From NCBI GenBank assembly GCA_934122275.1, contig CAKOWI010000004.1:12830-76829 (forward strand): a stretch of DNA of 64,000 bases, written 5' to 3'. Both the position numbers and the translations under genes were made by a program. The notes beneath the pieces were generated by a model. That model saw nothing but the letters and a program-made list of their open reading frames with translations, had not been told where the DNA came from and did no database searches. Shown one piece after another: positions 37,531 through 47,587 of this stretch; within the stretch, counting starts at the first letter, position 1, and each line of letters begins with the position of its first letter. The DNA comes from an uncultured Bacilli bacterium. GTDB taxonomy: Bacteria > Bacillota_I > Bacilli_A > RF39 > UBA660.

Positions 37531-38502
37531 TTACATCATATCCTTAAATAAACCATATATATATTTTTCTATATCAAATACCTCTAAGTCTTCTTTAGCT
37601 TCACCTAGTCCTATATATCTTACAGGTACACCTACTTCATCTTTTATTGCTAAAACTATTCCACCCTTTGCAGTACCATCTAATTTAGTTAGTATTATTC
37701 CGGTTAAATTAGTTATCTCTTTAAATGCTTTAGCTTGACTAATACCATTTTGACCAGTTGTTGCATCAATAACTAAAAAAGTTTCATGAGGACTATTAGG
37801 TATAATTTTTTCACCAACATTATTTATTTTTTCTAATTCTTTCATCAAATTAACTTTATTTTGAAGACGACCTGCTGTATCAATAAGTACAATATCATAG
37901 TTTTCTTCTTTAGCTTTAGTAAGTCCTTTATAAACAACACTCGCAGGATCCTTTGTAGTATCATCACTTACAACACTACACCCTATCTTATTTCCCCAAA
38001 CATGTAATTGTTCAACAGCTCCCGCTCTAAATGTATCCGCCGCAACCAATAAAACCTTTTTACCATCATCTTTAAATTTACTAGCCAATTTAGCTATTGT
38101 AGTTGTCTTTCCTACTCCATTTACCCCTACAAATAAAAGTACTGTAGGTCCATTAAGATTATAGTTTATTTTATTAGTTAATATTTCATTATCTACATAT
38201 ATAATAAATAATTCATCAACTATTATTTCAGTTAACATTGAAGGATCTGTAATCTTTTCTTTAGATACTCTTTTTTGTAGTTTATCCATAAAATTCATAA
38301 CAGTATTAACTCCAATATCAGCATTAATAAGTAATTCTTCTAGCTCTTCAAAATAGTTTTCATTTATTTCATCATATTCTTTAGATAGATTAGCTAACTT
38401 ATTTACAAAACTCTTTCTAGTTTTAGAAAGACCCTTTTCATAAGTTTTAGTACTTTTGTCTTCTTTTGTAAAGACACTTTTAATTTTATCAAATAATCCC
38501 AT
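37531..38502 (-). CDS. ftsY: Signal recognition particle receptor FtsY
   Basis: GVNGVGKTTT, DTAGRL and TKLDGTAKGG motifs. Confidence 0.95.
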   Translation of the reverse strand: MGLFDKIKSVFTKEDKSTKTYEKGLSKTRKSFVNKLANLSKEYDEINENYFEELEELLINADIGVNTVMNFMDKLQKRVSKEKITDPSMLTEIIVDELFIIYVDNEILTNKINYNLNGPTVLLFVGVNGVGKTTTIAKLASKFKDDGKKVLLVAADTFRAGAVEQLHVWGNKIGCSVVSDDTTKDPASVVYKGLTKAKEENYDIVLIDTAGRLQNKVNLMKELEKINNVGEKIIPNSPHETFLVIDATTGQNGISQAKAFKEITNLTGIILTKLDGTAKGGIVLAIKDEVGVPVRYIGLGEAKEDLEVFDIEKYIYGLFKDMM

Positions 38503-38514
38503 TATAAAACCCTC

Positions 38515-39252
38515 CTATAAATTGATTGTTTTTTCCTCACTATGTGGTACATAATTAATGTTTTTAGAAAGAATATCTAACCTTTTTTCAATATCATTTA
38601 AACTACTATTTTCCATTTTCATTCTATTTATAACTCTAGCTATATCAAATAATATCTCTCCAGATGTATCAACTAACTTACTTAAAAACTTATCATTAGA
38701 AAAATGCTTAGTAACAGTATATAATTCAGTAGTATTTAATCTTGATAAATAATAATTGTTTGAAGTTAAATAAATCATATATTTCTTAAAGTTATCATTA
38801 ATATAAACAGATACTAATGGAGTTTTAAAGTTTTCTTTATATTGATTTAATATACTTATATATTTTGTTATACCCTCTATACCATTTTCCTTATATATTT
38901 CTTCTAATGTATCATACATAAAGCAAACAGAATTATATATAAATTCATATATATTAATGTTAATCTTCTTTTCTTTTTTAAGCTTTAATAGCATCATATA
39001 TAAACCATATGAATTATCCCTAAATTCATCTTGAAATTTAAGTTTAACGTTAGATGGAAGATTCTTACCACTAATATAATCATCAGCATATAAAAAAGCA
39101 GTTAGAATTTGTATTCCTGTATCTACATCCTTAACGTTAATATCAAATCCTCTATCTTTTATCTTATCATCAATAACAGTTAAAACCTCATCATTATTTT
39201 GGTTATTAATTTCCTTAAGAACCTCATTTTTAGCTTCTTTAAACTGTAACAT
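38515..39252 (-). CDS. Hypothetical protein
   Basis: 245-aa ORF upstream of ftsY. No motif recognised. Confidence 0.45.
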   Translation of the reverse strand: MLQFKEAKNEVLKEINNQNNDEVLTVIDDKIKDRGFDINVKDVDTGIQILTAFLYADDYISGKNLPSNVKLKFQDEFRDNSYGLYMMLLKLKKEKKININIYEFIYNSVCFMYDTLEEIYKENGIEGITKYISILNQYKENFKTPLVSVYINDNFKKYMIYLTSNNYYLSRLNTTELYTVTKHFSNDKFLSKLVDTSGEILFDIARVINRMKMENSSLNDIEKRLDILSKNINYVPHSEEKTINL

Positions 39253-39385
39253 TTTTCATCCTCTTTTACTCATAAATATACATTTATTATATCAAACAAT
39301 AGACAAAAGTGCAAAAAAATAGTATAATTTATTGCGTTAATTCTTTTTATAGTTAACTCGAAAAAAGAAAGGAGAATAAAAATTA

Positions 39386-41065
39386 ATGAAAATTTTTAAT
39401 GCAAATAAGGATGAAACTTTAGTATTTGCACTAGGTGGTTTAGGAGAAGTTGGTAAAAACATGTATGCTATTATGCATAATGATGAATTAATAATTTTAG
39501 ATGCCGGTGTTATGTTTCCTAAAGATGAATTAATGGGAATTGATTATGTTATACCAGACTTTACTTTTTTGAAGAAAAATGAAGATAAAATTAAGGCCTT
39601 ATTTATTACACATGGACATGAAGATCACATAGGGGGCATTAATTTTTTACTTAATGAAGTTAATATTCCAGTTATTTATGCACCTAATCAAGCTTGTGGT
39701 TTAATAAAAAGAAAGTTTGCTGATAAGAACATAAGCTATGACAATCTAAAGGTATATACTGAAGATACGATAGTTAAATTTAAGTATTTTACTGTAGAAT
39801 TTTTTGCAACAACACACTCTATACCAGATTCTCATGGAATAGTAATTACAACACCTAATGGTAAAATAGTGGAAACTGGTGACTTTAAGTTTGATTTAAC
39901 TCCTATCGGTCCTATGTCTAATATACATAAAATGTCAGACGTTGGTAAATCAGGAGTAAAACTTCTAATGAGTGAATCAACTAATGCACTATCTAAAGGT
40001 TTTTCAATGAGTGAATCAAAGGTTGAAGAAGAACTACAAGAAATATTTGAAAAGAAAAAAGGTAGAATAATAGTTGCGACATTTGCATCTAATATTTACC
40101 GTTTAAAACACATAGTAGAAACTTGTAAGAAAAATGGTAGAAAAATTGCTTTGTTTGGAAGAAGTATGGAAAATAATATAGAAATATCAATAGAAGGTGG
40201 ATACATAAAAGATGATAAAATTTTTGTTTCACCAGAAGTTGCAAATACCCTTCCACCAGAAGAAATATGCTTACTTTGTACAGGTTCTCAAGGAGAGCCA
40301 CTTGCAGCTTTATCAAGAATTGCAAACGGTACTCATAAACAAATAAAATTAAGACCTTCTGATACAGTTATATTTTCTTCTAATCCTATTCCTGGTAATA
40401 ATGCTTCTGTTGCTAAAACAATTAATGCTTTATATTTACAAGGAGTAGAAGTATATGTAAATAATCCTGAAAATGAAATTCATACATCAGGACATGGTAA
40501 TCAAGAAGAATTGAAATTAATGATTAGATTAATTGATCCAGAATATTTTATGCCAATACATGGTGAGTATAGAATGCTTAAAGCACATCAAGATTTAGCT
40601 ATTGATTGTGATATACCAAAAGAAAATACTTTTTTACTAGCAAATGGAGATGTTTTAGCTTTAAATAAAGATGGTATAAGAAAAGCTGGTAATGTTGGTG
40701 CTGATGATATATACGTTGATGGAAATAGAATTGGTGATATTGGAAATGTCGTTATAAAAGACAGAAAAATAATGGCAAATGATGGTATTTTAGTAGCTAT
40801 TTGTAACATAAATTTAGAAAAACATATTTTATATGGAAAAATAAATATTACAACAAGAGGCTTTATATTAGTTAATGAAAATGAAGAACTCTTAAAGCAA
40901 ATTGAAGAAGTAGCTGAAAATACCGTTAATAAAGAATTAACGAAAAAACAAGTAAACTATAATGAATTAAAAGGCCAATTAATTTCAGATATATTAACGT
41001 TTGTATTTGAAAAAACAGGAAGAAGACCAATAATACTACCAGTAATATTAGATGTTAGAAAATAA
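39386..41065 (+). CDS. rnj: Ribonuclease J
   Basis: 559 aa. Metallo-beta-lactamase motif THGHEDHIGG, beta-CASP and C-terminal domains. Confidence 0.93.
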   Translation: MKIFNANKDETLVFALGGLGEVGKNMYAIMHNDELIILDAGVMFPKDELMGIDYVIPDFTFLKKNEDKIKALFITHGHEDHIGGINFLLNEVNIPVIYAPNQACGLIKRKFADKNISYDNLKVYTEDTIVKFKYFTVEFFATTHSIPDSHGIVITTPNGKIVETGDFKFDLTPIGPMSNIHKMSDVGKSGVKLLMSESTNALSKGFSMSESKVEEELQEIFEKKKGRIIVATFASNIYRLKHIVETCKKNGRKIALFGRSMENNIEISIEGGYIKDDKIFVSPEVANTLPPEEICLLCTGSQGEPLAALSRIANGTHKQIKLRPSDTVIFSSNPIPGNNASVAKTINALYLQGVEVYVNNPENEIHTSGHGNQEELKLMIRLIDPEYFMPIHGEYRMLKAHQDLAIDCDIPKENTFLLANGDVLALNKDGIRKAGNVGADDIYVDGNRIGDIGNVVIKDRKIMANDGILVAICNINLEKHILYGKINITTRGFILVNENEELLKQIEEVAENTVNKELTKKQVNYNELKGQLISDILTFVFEKTGRRPIILPVILDVRK

Positions 41066-41073
41066 GAAAATCC

Positions 41074-41940
41074 CTACTGTTGGGATTTTTTTGCATCTTC
41101 ATTTATTAAGTTAGATAATTTTTCGGTATTATAACCTCTACTAGTAATTGTTTTAACTATTAATCCTAAATTATTCATCTTTAAATTACTTACATCAAAA
41201 GATATCATAATACCCTTATCTAGTTTTTCTTTTACATCAAATATAGTAGGATCTACTAAAGAAGGTGTTATAGAATGCATCTTCTTTTTCTTGCATAATT
41301 CCTTATCTGTATCATTTTTATTTTCATTTAAACATAAATTAGACTTTTTTAAACTAACACTTTCTATAATGTTATTTGTTAATGACATATACTCTTTACT
41401 ATAAGAACCATCATATCCTAAATTATAGATTTCTGCATCTAAATAAGATATTGAAAGAGCTTTATCAACGTTTTTACTTAACCATAATCCATCAACAAAA
41501 AAGTTAGCTTTTATATTATTTTTAGCTATAAAACTAAGTAATGAATCCAAATTGTCATTACTATTTACTTTAAATATTAAAGCAACTCCGCCTATTTTAA
41601 CATTTCCCTTTTTTATATAGTAATCATATGTTTTAGATATGGTATTTTTAGGTAAACTATCTTCATACACTATTTTATTTTTATCAAACTTATTATCTTT
41701 TTTCATATTCTTATAAGACTTATCTTTATCGACTGAAATACCAGAATAACCAAGTATCATTTCATCGCCATTTATAATAGGTTCTTTCGGCTTAATATCA
41801 TTCTCATTTTTATAATTAATAACTTTCCTCATCATTAGGTCACTTTCTCTAGCCGTTTTAGTAACACTTTCCGTATAGATAAAACTAAGTACCAAAAGTA
41901 ACAATATACTTAATAGTTTTAAAGTATTCTTAAACATCAA
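41074..41940 (-). CDS. Divergent polysaccharide deacetylase (NodB-like) family protein
   Basis: Signal anchor. The ...GVALIFKVNSND...ANFFVDGLW... layout resembles NodB-domain proteins, but the canonical TFDDG motif is absent. Confidence 0.4.
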   Translation of the reverse strand: MMFKNTLKLLSILLLLVLSFIYTESVTKTARESDLMMRKVINYKNENDIKPKEPIINGDEMILGYSGISVDKDKSYKNMKKDNKFDKNKIVYEDSLPKNTISKTYDYYIKKGNVKIGGVALIFKVNSNDNLDSLLSFIAKNNIKANFFVDGLWLSKNVDKALSISYLDAEIYNLGYDGSYSKEYMSLTNNIIESVSLKKSNLCLNENKNDTDKELCKKKKMHSITPSLVDPTIFDVKEKLDKGIMISFDVSNLKMNNLGLIVKTITSRGYNTEKLSNLINEDAKKSQQ

Positions 41941-41989
41941 ATCACCTATTAAATGGTATGCATAGTAATAAAAAAAAGAACATGAGTTC

Positions 41990-42949
41990 TTAATTTTTGT
42001 AACTTAATTCAGGTTTTAATATGTATGTATTTGTTATATAAACCCTTTTATCCTTATCTTCAGAAACATCCCAATTTGATAGTGAAAACCTTTTAGCATC
42101 CTTTATTCCAACATTATTAGGAAAAACCTTAACAATAACTTTTACACTATAATCAAAATTTGGAATATCAAAGTTTATTTTACCCGATATATCTTTCTTA
42201 TTTAAAACTTCAGTATTTTTATTTGATTTATCAACATAACTTACTTTAACACTATATGTGTTATTTGGAACGTTTAAAGTAAATTCTCTAGGATCATTTC
42301 TATCTGTTACAATACTTATTTTTTCCTTACTCTTTTTAAGTTCTTTAACTTCATCAATACCTACTGGACTATAATACCCTTTTACCGTAAAAATTTTATA
42401 AGCATATTTATCCTTCATTTTATCTGAATCAACAAAAGTCCATGAATAAGGAGCAAATGACTTGGTTGTTCCAGAAGAATTTACTATTTGTAATTTAACT
42501 TTCCAAGTTCTATTTTCATTCTTTAAAGATCCAAACGTTATTTTAAATTCATCTTTATTTTTTTCAACATCTTTTGTATCTTTTTCTATCCATTTATTGT
42601 TTTTTAAGTAATAAGTAGTATATCTATAGCTACCAGAATATTTCTTTACTGAATCTGGAACTTTAAATTCCATAACATAATCATGATTTTTATTATAATA
42701 TTCTTTAGTTATAAATCCATCTTTATTAGTTACTATACCATTTAATTTAGAACCTACTAATTTATATAAAAAATCATATGGTGTTAAATTCTTAATTATA
42801 CAGAAAAAAGCTCCACTCATAATAACACATATAATTGTACATATTACAATTAAAATATATGACTTTTTTATTAATTCTTCATTAGCAAGCTTCGGTCTAC
42901 CAACTTTAGCTTTCTCATCTTTTAATAGCCATTCCCTCAAAATTACCAC
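41990..42949 (-). CDS. Membrane-anchored hypothetical protein
   Basis: 319 aa with one TM near the N-terminus and a beta-rich extracytoplasmic part. Confidence 0.45.
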   Translation of the reverse strand: MVILREWLLKDEKAKVGRPKLANEELIKKSYILIVICTIICVIMSGAFFCIIKNLTPYDFLYKLVGSKLNGIVTNKDGFITKEYYNKNHDYVMEFKVPDSVKKYSGSYRYTTYYLKNNKWIEKDTKDVEKNKDEFKITFGSLKNENRTWKVKLQIVNSSGTTKSFAPYSWTFVDSDKMKDKYAYKIFTVKGYYSPVGIDEVKELKKSKEKISIVTDRNDPREFTLNVPNNTYSVKVSYVDKSNKNTEVLNKKDISGKINFDIPNFDYSVKVIVKVFPNNVGIKDAKRFSLSNWDVSEDKDKRVYITNTYILKPELSYKN

Positions 42950-42958
42950 TTTCTTTCC

Positions 42959-44665
42959 TTATTTTTTATAATCTAAAATCTTTTTATGAATACCAGGTTC
43001 AACCATATCCAAAGTATTTATACTAAGTTCTAAAGATTTTTTATAATTTCCCTCAAAAAATAGTTCTTCAGCTTTTATTAGTCCATCATTTATTTGAGGT
43101 TTAGAAGAACGATATCTATTACCATATACAATTGCATATTCCGATAATAATGCCATCTTAATCATTTCATTTGTTGTATTACTAAGTTTAAATACTAAAT
43201 CCCTGGCAGTATCAACCCTTATATTTAACGTTTCAATATTAATTGGTCTTTTTGATAATTCTTTTTGAATTTCCTTTATTCCATCACTAGCTTCCTTTAA
43301 CTCTATATAATAAGTATTTGGAATAACAGGTAATTTATTTTTTCTTATTTGATATTTAGACTTTCTAAGTAATAGTTTAATATCTTCTAATTGACCTTTA
43401 GCTCTTTCTTCATCATCCTTTAAATTACTAACTTTCATAAGTAAATTATCTAATCTTTCACTTACTTTTGATAACTTAAGTAAGATTATTTCTAGCTCCT
43501 GATTAAGTTTAGAAAAAGGAAATGAATGATTTTGATCTAACATAAGTAACTTACTATAATCTTCATTTATCTTATCATATTCTTTAGATAATAAAGAAAC
43601 TTGTTCTAAAGTATCTTCTGTTAAGTTATACTCTTCTTTTATTTCTGGGACTTTTTGAGCTACTGCATTTAGTATTTTTTCAACGTGTTTATTAATCTTA
43701 TTAAAGTTACTTATTCCCTCTTCATAATACTTTCTAGTTAACTTTTCTGTTTCAAAAACATTAAATAACGAATCAAAATACTCTAATATGGTTTTAAGTT
43801 CAAATGAAGCATCTTCTAGGTTTAAAACCCTTACCTTATCAAATATTAAATTAACCTTCTTTTCTGATTCCATAATGTTATATTCAATATTTAAATAATC
43901 AAGTTGATATCCTTCCCTAGTTAATTTTATATATTCAGTTGATACATCTTCCATTCTTTTAGGAATAAGATTCTTTCCCATTAACATTATTTCAGGAACT
44001 TCATCTATAACTATCTTCATAAGATTAAGCATTTCAGTTAATCCCTTAACAACATATATAACTTCTTCATAGTCCCTTTTTTCTAATACAATTTCAAACT
44101 CTTCAAATCTTTTTTCAATGTTTTCAAACTGCAAACTTATCGTTTTTGCAACTTCTTCATAATCAGCTTTTGTATTTTCAAACTTATCTTTTAATTTTCT
44201 ATATAATGCCTTTAACTTTATAACGGTTGCTCTATTTCTTTCTTCACTAAGAGTTATTTCTTTTATCTCCGATAATATGTTTTTAATGTTAAGTTTAATC
44301 TCATATAATCTAATTTCTATTTCAGTTATTTGTTCATATATTTCACTTTTCTTACCCTTATCAACTAAAAAATCAATATCAATTAACATCTCATTTACAT
44401 CTGGTATAGTTTCTTTCTCAATTTGATCTAGCTGTAATTTCCAATTATCATATTTTTCCTTTAATTTACTGTTACTGATTAAAGCAGATGCTTTAGAAAG
44501 CTCACTTAATACTGGTACATTAATAAGCATATTCTTTTCTTTTTCTAATTCACTAATTATCTTTAATATTTTATTTTTACTTCTTTTTTTGGTAATTAAA
44601 ATAGTTATAACAACAATAACTAAGGAAATAAATGAAACAGTACCAATATATAAACCCTTTGTCAT
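42959..44665 (-). CDS. ezrA: Septation ring formation regulator EzrA
   Basis: 568 aa. N-terminal TM followed by long coiled-coil repeats. Size and architecture are typical of EzrA. Confidence 0.8.
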   Translation of the reverse strand: MTKGLYIGTVSFISLVIVVITILITKKRSKNKILKIISELEKEKNMLINVPVLSELSKASALISNSKLKEKYDNWKLQLDQIEKETIPDVNEMLIDIDFLVDKGKKSEIYEQITEIEIRLYEIKLNIKNILSEIKEITLSEERNRATVIKLKALYRKLKDKFENTKADYEEVAKTISLQFENIEKRFEEFEIVLEKRDYEEVIYVVKGLTEMLNLMKIVIDEVPEIMLMGKNLIPKRMEDVSTEYIKLTREGYQLDYLNIEYNIMESEKKVNLIFDKVRVLNLEDASFELKTILEYFDSLFNVFETEKLTRKYYEEGISNFNKINKHVEKILNAVAQKVPEIKEEYNLTEDTLEQVSLLSKEYDKINEDYSKLLMLDQNHSFPFSKLNQELEIILLKLSKVSERLDNLLMKVSNLKDDEERAKGQLEDIKLLLRKSKYQIRKNKLPVIPNTYYIELKEASDGIKEIQKELSKRPINIETLNIRVDTARDLVFKLSNTTNEMIKMALLSEYAIVYGNRYRSSKPQINDGLIKAEELFFEGNYKKSLELSINTLDMVEPGIHKKILDYKK

Positions 44666-44778
44666 AGCTAGCCTCCTACTTTAATATACTATTATTTTAA
44701 CATAAAAAGCGACAAAATTCATTATATTTTTACATAAATTAAAAAAAGAAAAAAGAACTATCAAAGTTCCTTTATAAA

Positions 44779-45441
44779 TCAATGTTTATTTAATTTTTTA
44801 GAGTATGGTTTTTCATCTATTAATCTTTGTGTTTTTAATTTATTGCCTATTTTCTCAACTGTTCTTGATATTAATTTTGAAACATAACTTTGTGAAATTC
44901 CAAATTTGTCAGCTATTTCTTTTTGAGTATAAATTTCATCTTTATAAAAACCAAAATACATAATAATTATTTGTTTTTCTCTACTTGGTAAATCTTTTAT
45001 TATACTATTAAGCATGTCATATAATTCTAATCTTTCATAATAATTAACAATATTTGTATCATCAATTAATGTATGTTCTAACCTTTTATAATCTTCTATA
45101 TATAGTATATTACCACCTTTTTTTATCTTTTGTAAGAACATTAATATTTCATTATCTATACACTTTAAAGCATAACTAGGAAACTTTACGTTTTTATCCG
45201 GATTATATGATAAAACAGCCTTTATAAGACCAACATTTCCTATAGACACAGTGTCTTTCTTATCATAATGAACGTTATTAAATTTGTTTATAACCTCATA
45301 TAATACAAGTCTTATATTATGCTCTATTATTGTATTTTTAGCATCATCATTTCCTTCTTTAAACTTTTTAAATAGACCATTTAATTCTTCTTCTGATAAT
45401 CTGTTAGGTAATTTACATTCACTTAGAAATAATTCATTCAT
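44779..45441 (-). CDS. SigE/SigK-type (sporulation group) sigma-70 family factor, no pro-sequence
   Basis: IIEHNIRLVLYEVINKF...SIGNVGLIKAV...YALKCIDNEILMFL (region 2-3) and region 4 EIADKFGISQSYVSKLISR. The N-terminus starts about 9 aa before the position equivalent to mature SigK. Confidence 0.75.
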   Translation of the reverse strand: MNELFLSECKLPNRLSEEELNGLFKKFKEGNDDAKNTIIEHNIRLVLYEVINKFNNVHYDKKDTVSIGNVGLIKAVLSYNPDKNVKFPSYALKCIDNEILMFLQKIKKGGNILYIEDYKRLEHTLIDDTNIVNYYERLELYDMLNSIIKDLPSREKQIIIMYFGFYKDEIYTQKEIADKFGISQSYVSKLISRTVEKIGNKLKTQRLIDEKPYSKKLNKH

Positions 45442-45509
45442 ATATAATATCCCTTCTTAGGCATAAAGCTTAATTATAGATATGTAAAATAAATTAAAAA
45501 AAGAACTCT

Positions 45510-46025
45510 TTAGCTCAATTTAAGTAATTTATTTATAGTATCATCTTTAGTCTTTCTATAATTACTATGAAACACGTTCTTCTGTCTTTTATTAAAGAAA
45601 AAATTCAATAACAAATAATTTTTAGCTAACGACTTCTTATGCATAATTTTCTTTTCAACATATTCACACATAAATAGTTTACATGAAATATTTTGACATG
45701 TACATTTCTTATTCTTAAGAAATTTGCAGCCTGCATCACCTTTAAAATAGCAACATCCATTTATATTATGTACTGACTTACCTAATCTATTTGCAATACA
45801 TCTGTTATCTTTAAAATCACATAATACACATACATTATTATCAAGATACTTGCACATATAATCATATATAAATTCATATCTCTTTCTCAAATCCTTTATA
45901 TTAAATGCCTTTATAAATGCTTCTTCCACTTTATTTATAGGTTCACACTCTAAAAAAACGTCTTTATTCATATACTTTCTAAATCTTTTATAATTATTTT
46001 TTCTATCTTTTTGCTCTATTATCAT
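45510..46025 (-). CDS. Cysteine-rich protein (YkgJ/CxxCxxCC-like Zn/Fe-binding domain)
   Basis: 171 aa. CVLCDFKDNRC...NGCCYF...GCKFLKNKKCTCQNISCKLFMC. Confidence 0.45.
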   Translation of the reverse strand: MIIEQKDRKNNYKRFRKYMNKDVFLECEPINKVEEAFIKAFNIKDLRKRYEFIYDYMCKYLDNNVCVLCDFKDNRCIANRLGKSVHNINGCCYFKGDAGCKFLKNKKCTCQNISCKLFMCEYVEKKIMHKKSLAKNYLLLNFFFNKRQKNVFHSNYRKTKDDTINKLLKLS

Positions 46026-46150
46026 TTTAATTCACCAACATATTTTATTCCTATCTTACTTCGCTTTAAATATATATATAGACTAAGTTACTATTTTTTT
46101 CATTGATTGTAGCTCATAACACAATATCATATTTTTAATGAATTGTAAAT

Positions 46151-46196
46151 AGATTAAGCAAGAATTAAGTAAGAATTAAGTAAGAATTAAGTAAGA
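46151..46196. repeat. 11-bp tandem repeat array (about 4 units) abutting the Fic promoter
   Basis: agaattaagta x3 (46161-46193), preceded by the degenerate unit agattaagca and followed by a partial aga. Confidence 0.85.
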
Positions 46197-46200
46197 TGTA

Positions 46201-46229
46201 TTGATTGAAAAATATGCTTGTAGTATAAT
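46201..46229 (+). promoter_or_regulatory. Putative sigma-A promoter of the fic gene
   Basis: TTGATT (46201-46206), 17-bp spacer, TATAAT (46224-46229). RBS gaggtg precedes ATG 46257. Confidence 0.45.
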
Positions 46230-46256
46230 AATACATATAAAGCAGAGGTGATTTTA

Positions 46257-47252
46257 ATGGTCAATTACGTGCCACCATTTGCAATTACAAATAAAATGTT
46301 AGATTATGTTTCTAACATAATGGAAAAAATTGGTAAACTAGATAATTATACTAATTTTAATAAAATGCCAGTATTAAGAAAAAATAATAGGATTAAGTCT
46401 ATTCATTCATCTTTAGCAATTGAAGCAAATTCATTATCTTTAGGACAGGTAAAAGATGTAATTGCTGGTAGAACTGTTATAGGTACTCAAAAAGAAATTC
46501 AAGAAGTAAAAAATGCATATAATGCATATGAAATGATTAACAGTGTAAACGCATATTCTATAAAAGATTTAAAGAAAGTTCATGAAGTGATAACATATTT
46601 AACAGTTGACGAATCTGGAGAGTTTAGAAAGGGTAATGAAGGAGTATTTGATGAAAAAGGCAATTGTATTCACGTCTGTCCACCACCAGAACAAGTTCCT
46701 GGATTAATGAAACAATTATTTGATTGGATGAAGAAAAATAAGGAAGAAATTCATCCACTAATACTATCATCTGTATTTCATTATGAATTTGTATTTATAC
46801 ATCCTTTTTCAGACGGCAATGGCAGAACTGCAAGATTATGGCAAAATATTATGCTATCTAAATGGAAAAAAATATTTGAATATTTACCAATAGAATCACA
46901 AATACATAAGTTTCAAGATGATTATTATAAATCAATTAATAATTGTAATCATAATGGAGAGTCTACCGAATTTGTTGAATTTATGCTTAGGACAATTGAT
47001 GAAGTTTTAGATGAAGCAATTAGAACAAGTTCTGTTCCAATTACGGAAACAGGAATTAACATTAATAAATTACTTAATGTTATGGAATACAACATTCCAG
47101 TAACGGCAAATGAAATAATGGATAAGTTAGGAATTAAATCAAAAGAAACCTTAAGATCAACATATCTTGATCCAGCAATAAAAGAGGGAGTTATAGCATT
47201 AACAATTCCTGATAAACCAACTAGTAAAAATCAAATGTATTATAAAGTTTAA
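46257..47252 (+). CDS. Fic family protein (AMPylase-type)
   Basis: Fic motif HPFSDGNGRTAR. N-terminal inhibitory-helix-like SSLAIEAN. C-terminal winged-helix-like region. Confidence 0.88.
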   Translation: MVNYVPPFAITNKMLDYVSNIMEKIGKLDNYTNFNKMPVLRKNNRIKSIHSSLAIEANSLSLGQVKDVIAGRTVIGTQKEIQEVKNAYNAYEMINSVNAYSIKDLKKVHEVITYLTVDESGEFRKGNEGVFDEKGNCIHVCPPPEQVPGLMKQLFDWMKKNKEEIHPLILSSVFHYEFVFIHPFSDGNGRTARLWQNIMLSKWKKIFEYLPIESQIHKFQDDYYKSINNCNHNGESTEFVEFMLRTIDEVLDEAIRTSSVPITETGININKLLNVMEYNIPVTANEIMDKLGIKSKETLRSTYLDPAIKEGVIALTIPDKPTSKNQMYYKV

Positions 47253-47393
47253 AGAAGTAGAGAAGCTTCTTTTTATGTGCAAAATTTATATATCTATTCA
47301 ATAGATTACAAATTTATTATTTTTTTAATGATGAATATTAATAATAAAAGTAAGAAAAACAAAATGACAAGTAAAAAATAGAACTGTTAGTTT

Positions 47394-47468
47394 CTGTATA
47401 GATCATGCTCACCATTTCATGTTCCAGTTGTAAGATTAGCTGCTGCTCATGTCACAATATTATATTGA
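47394..47468 (+). pseudogene. About 75-nt relic of the C-terminus of a PPDK/PEP-synthase-type gene
   Basis: Translates LYRSCSPFHVPVVRLAAAHVTILY-stop. Compare DYVSCSPFRVPIARLAAAQAAI at the end of ppdK (13 of 19 identical). In-frame stops lie upstream. Confidence 0.5.
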
Positions 47469-47555
47469 TAATATCTTAATATAAATTAAAAACATTATTG
47501 CTTATATATTTTTACTAACTATACTCTAGCTTACTATATATTAATTACTAAAATT

Positions 47556-47581
47556 TAAAAAGAGCTAGAAACATCTAGCTC
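47556..47581 (-). terminator. Terminator of the surface-protein operon
   Basis: Hairpin gagctaga/tctagctc (47562-47581) followed by T5 on the minus strand. Confidence 0.5.
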
Positions 47582-47587
47582 AATATT

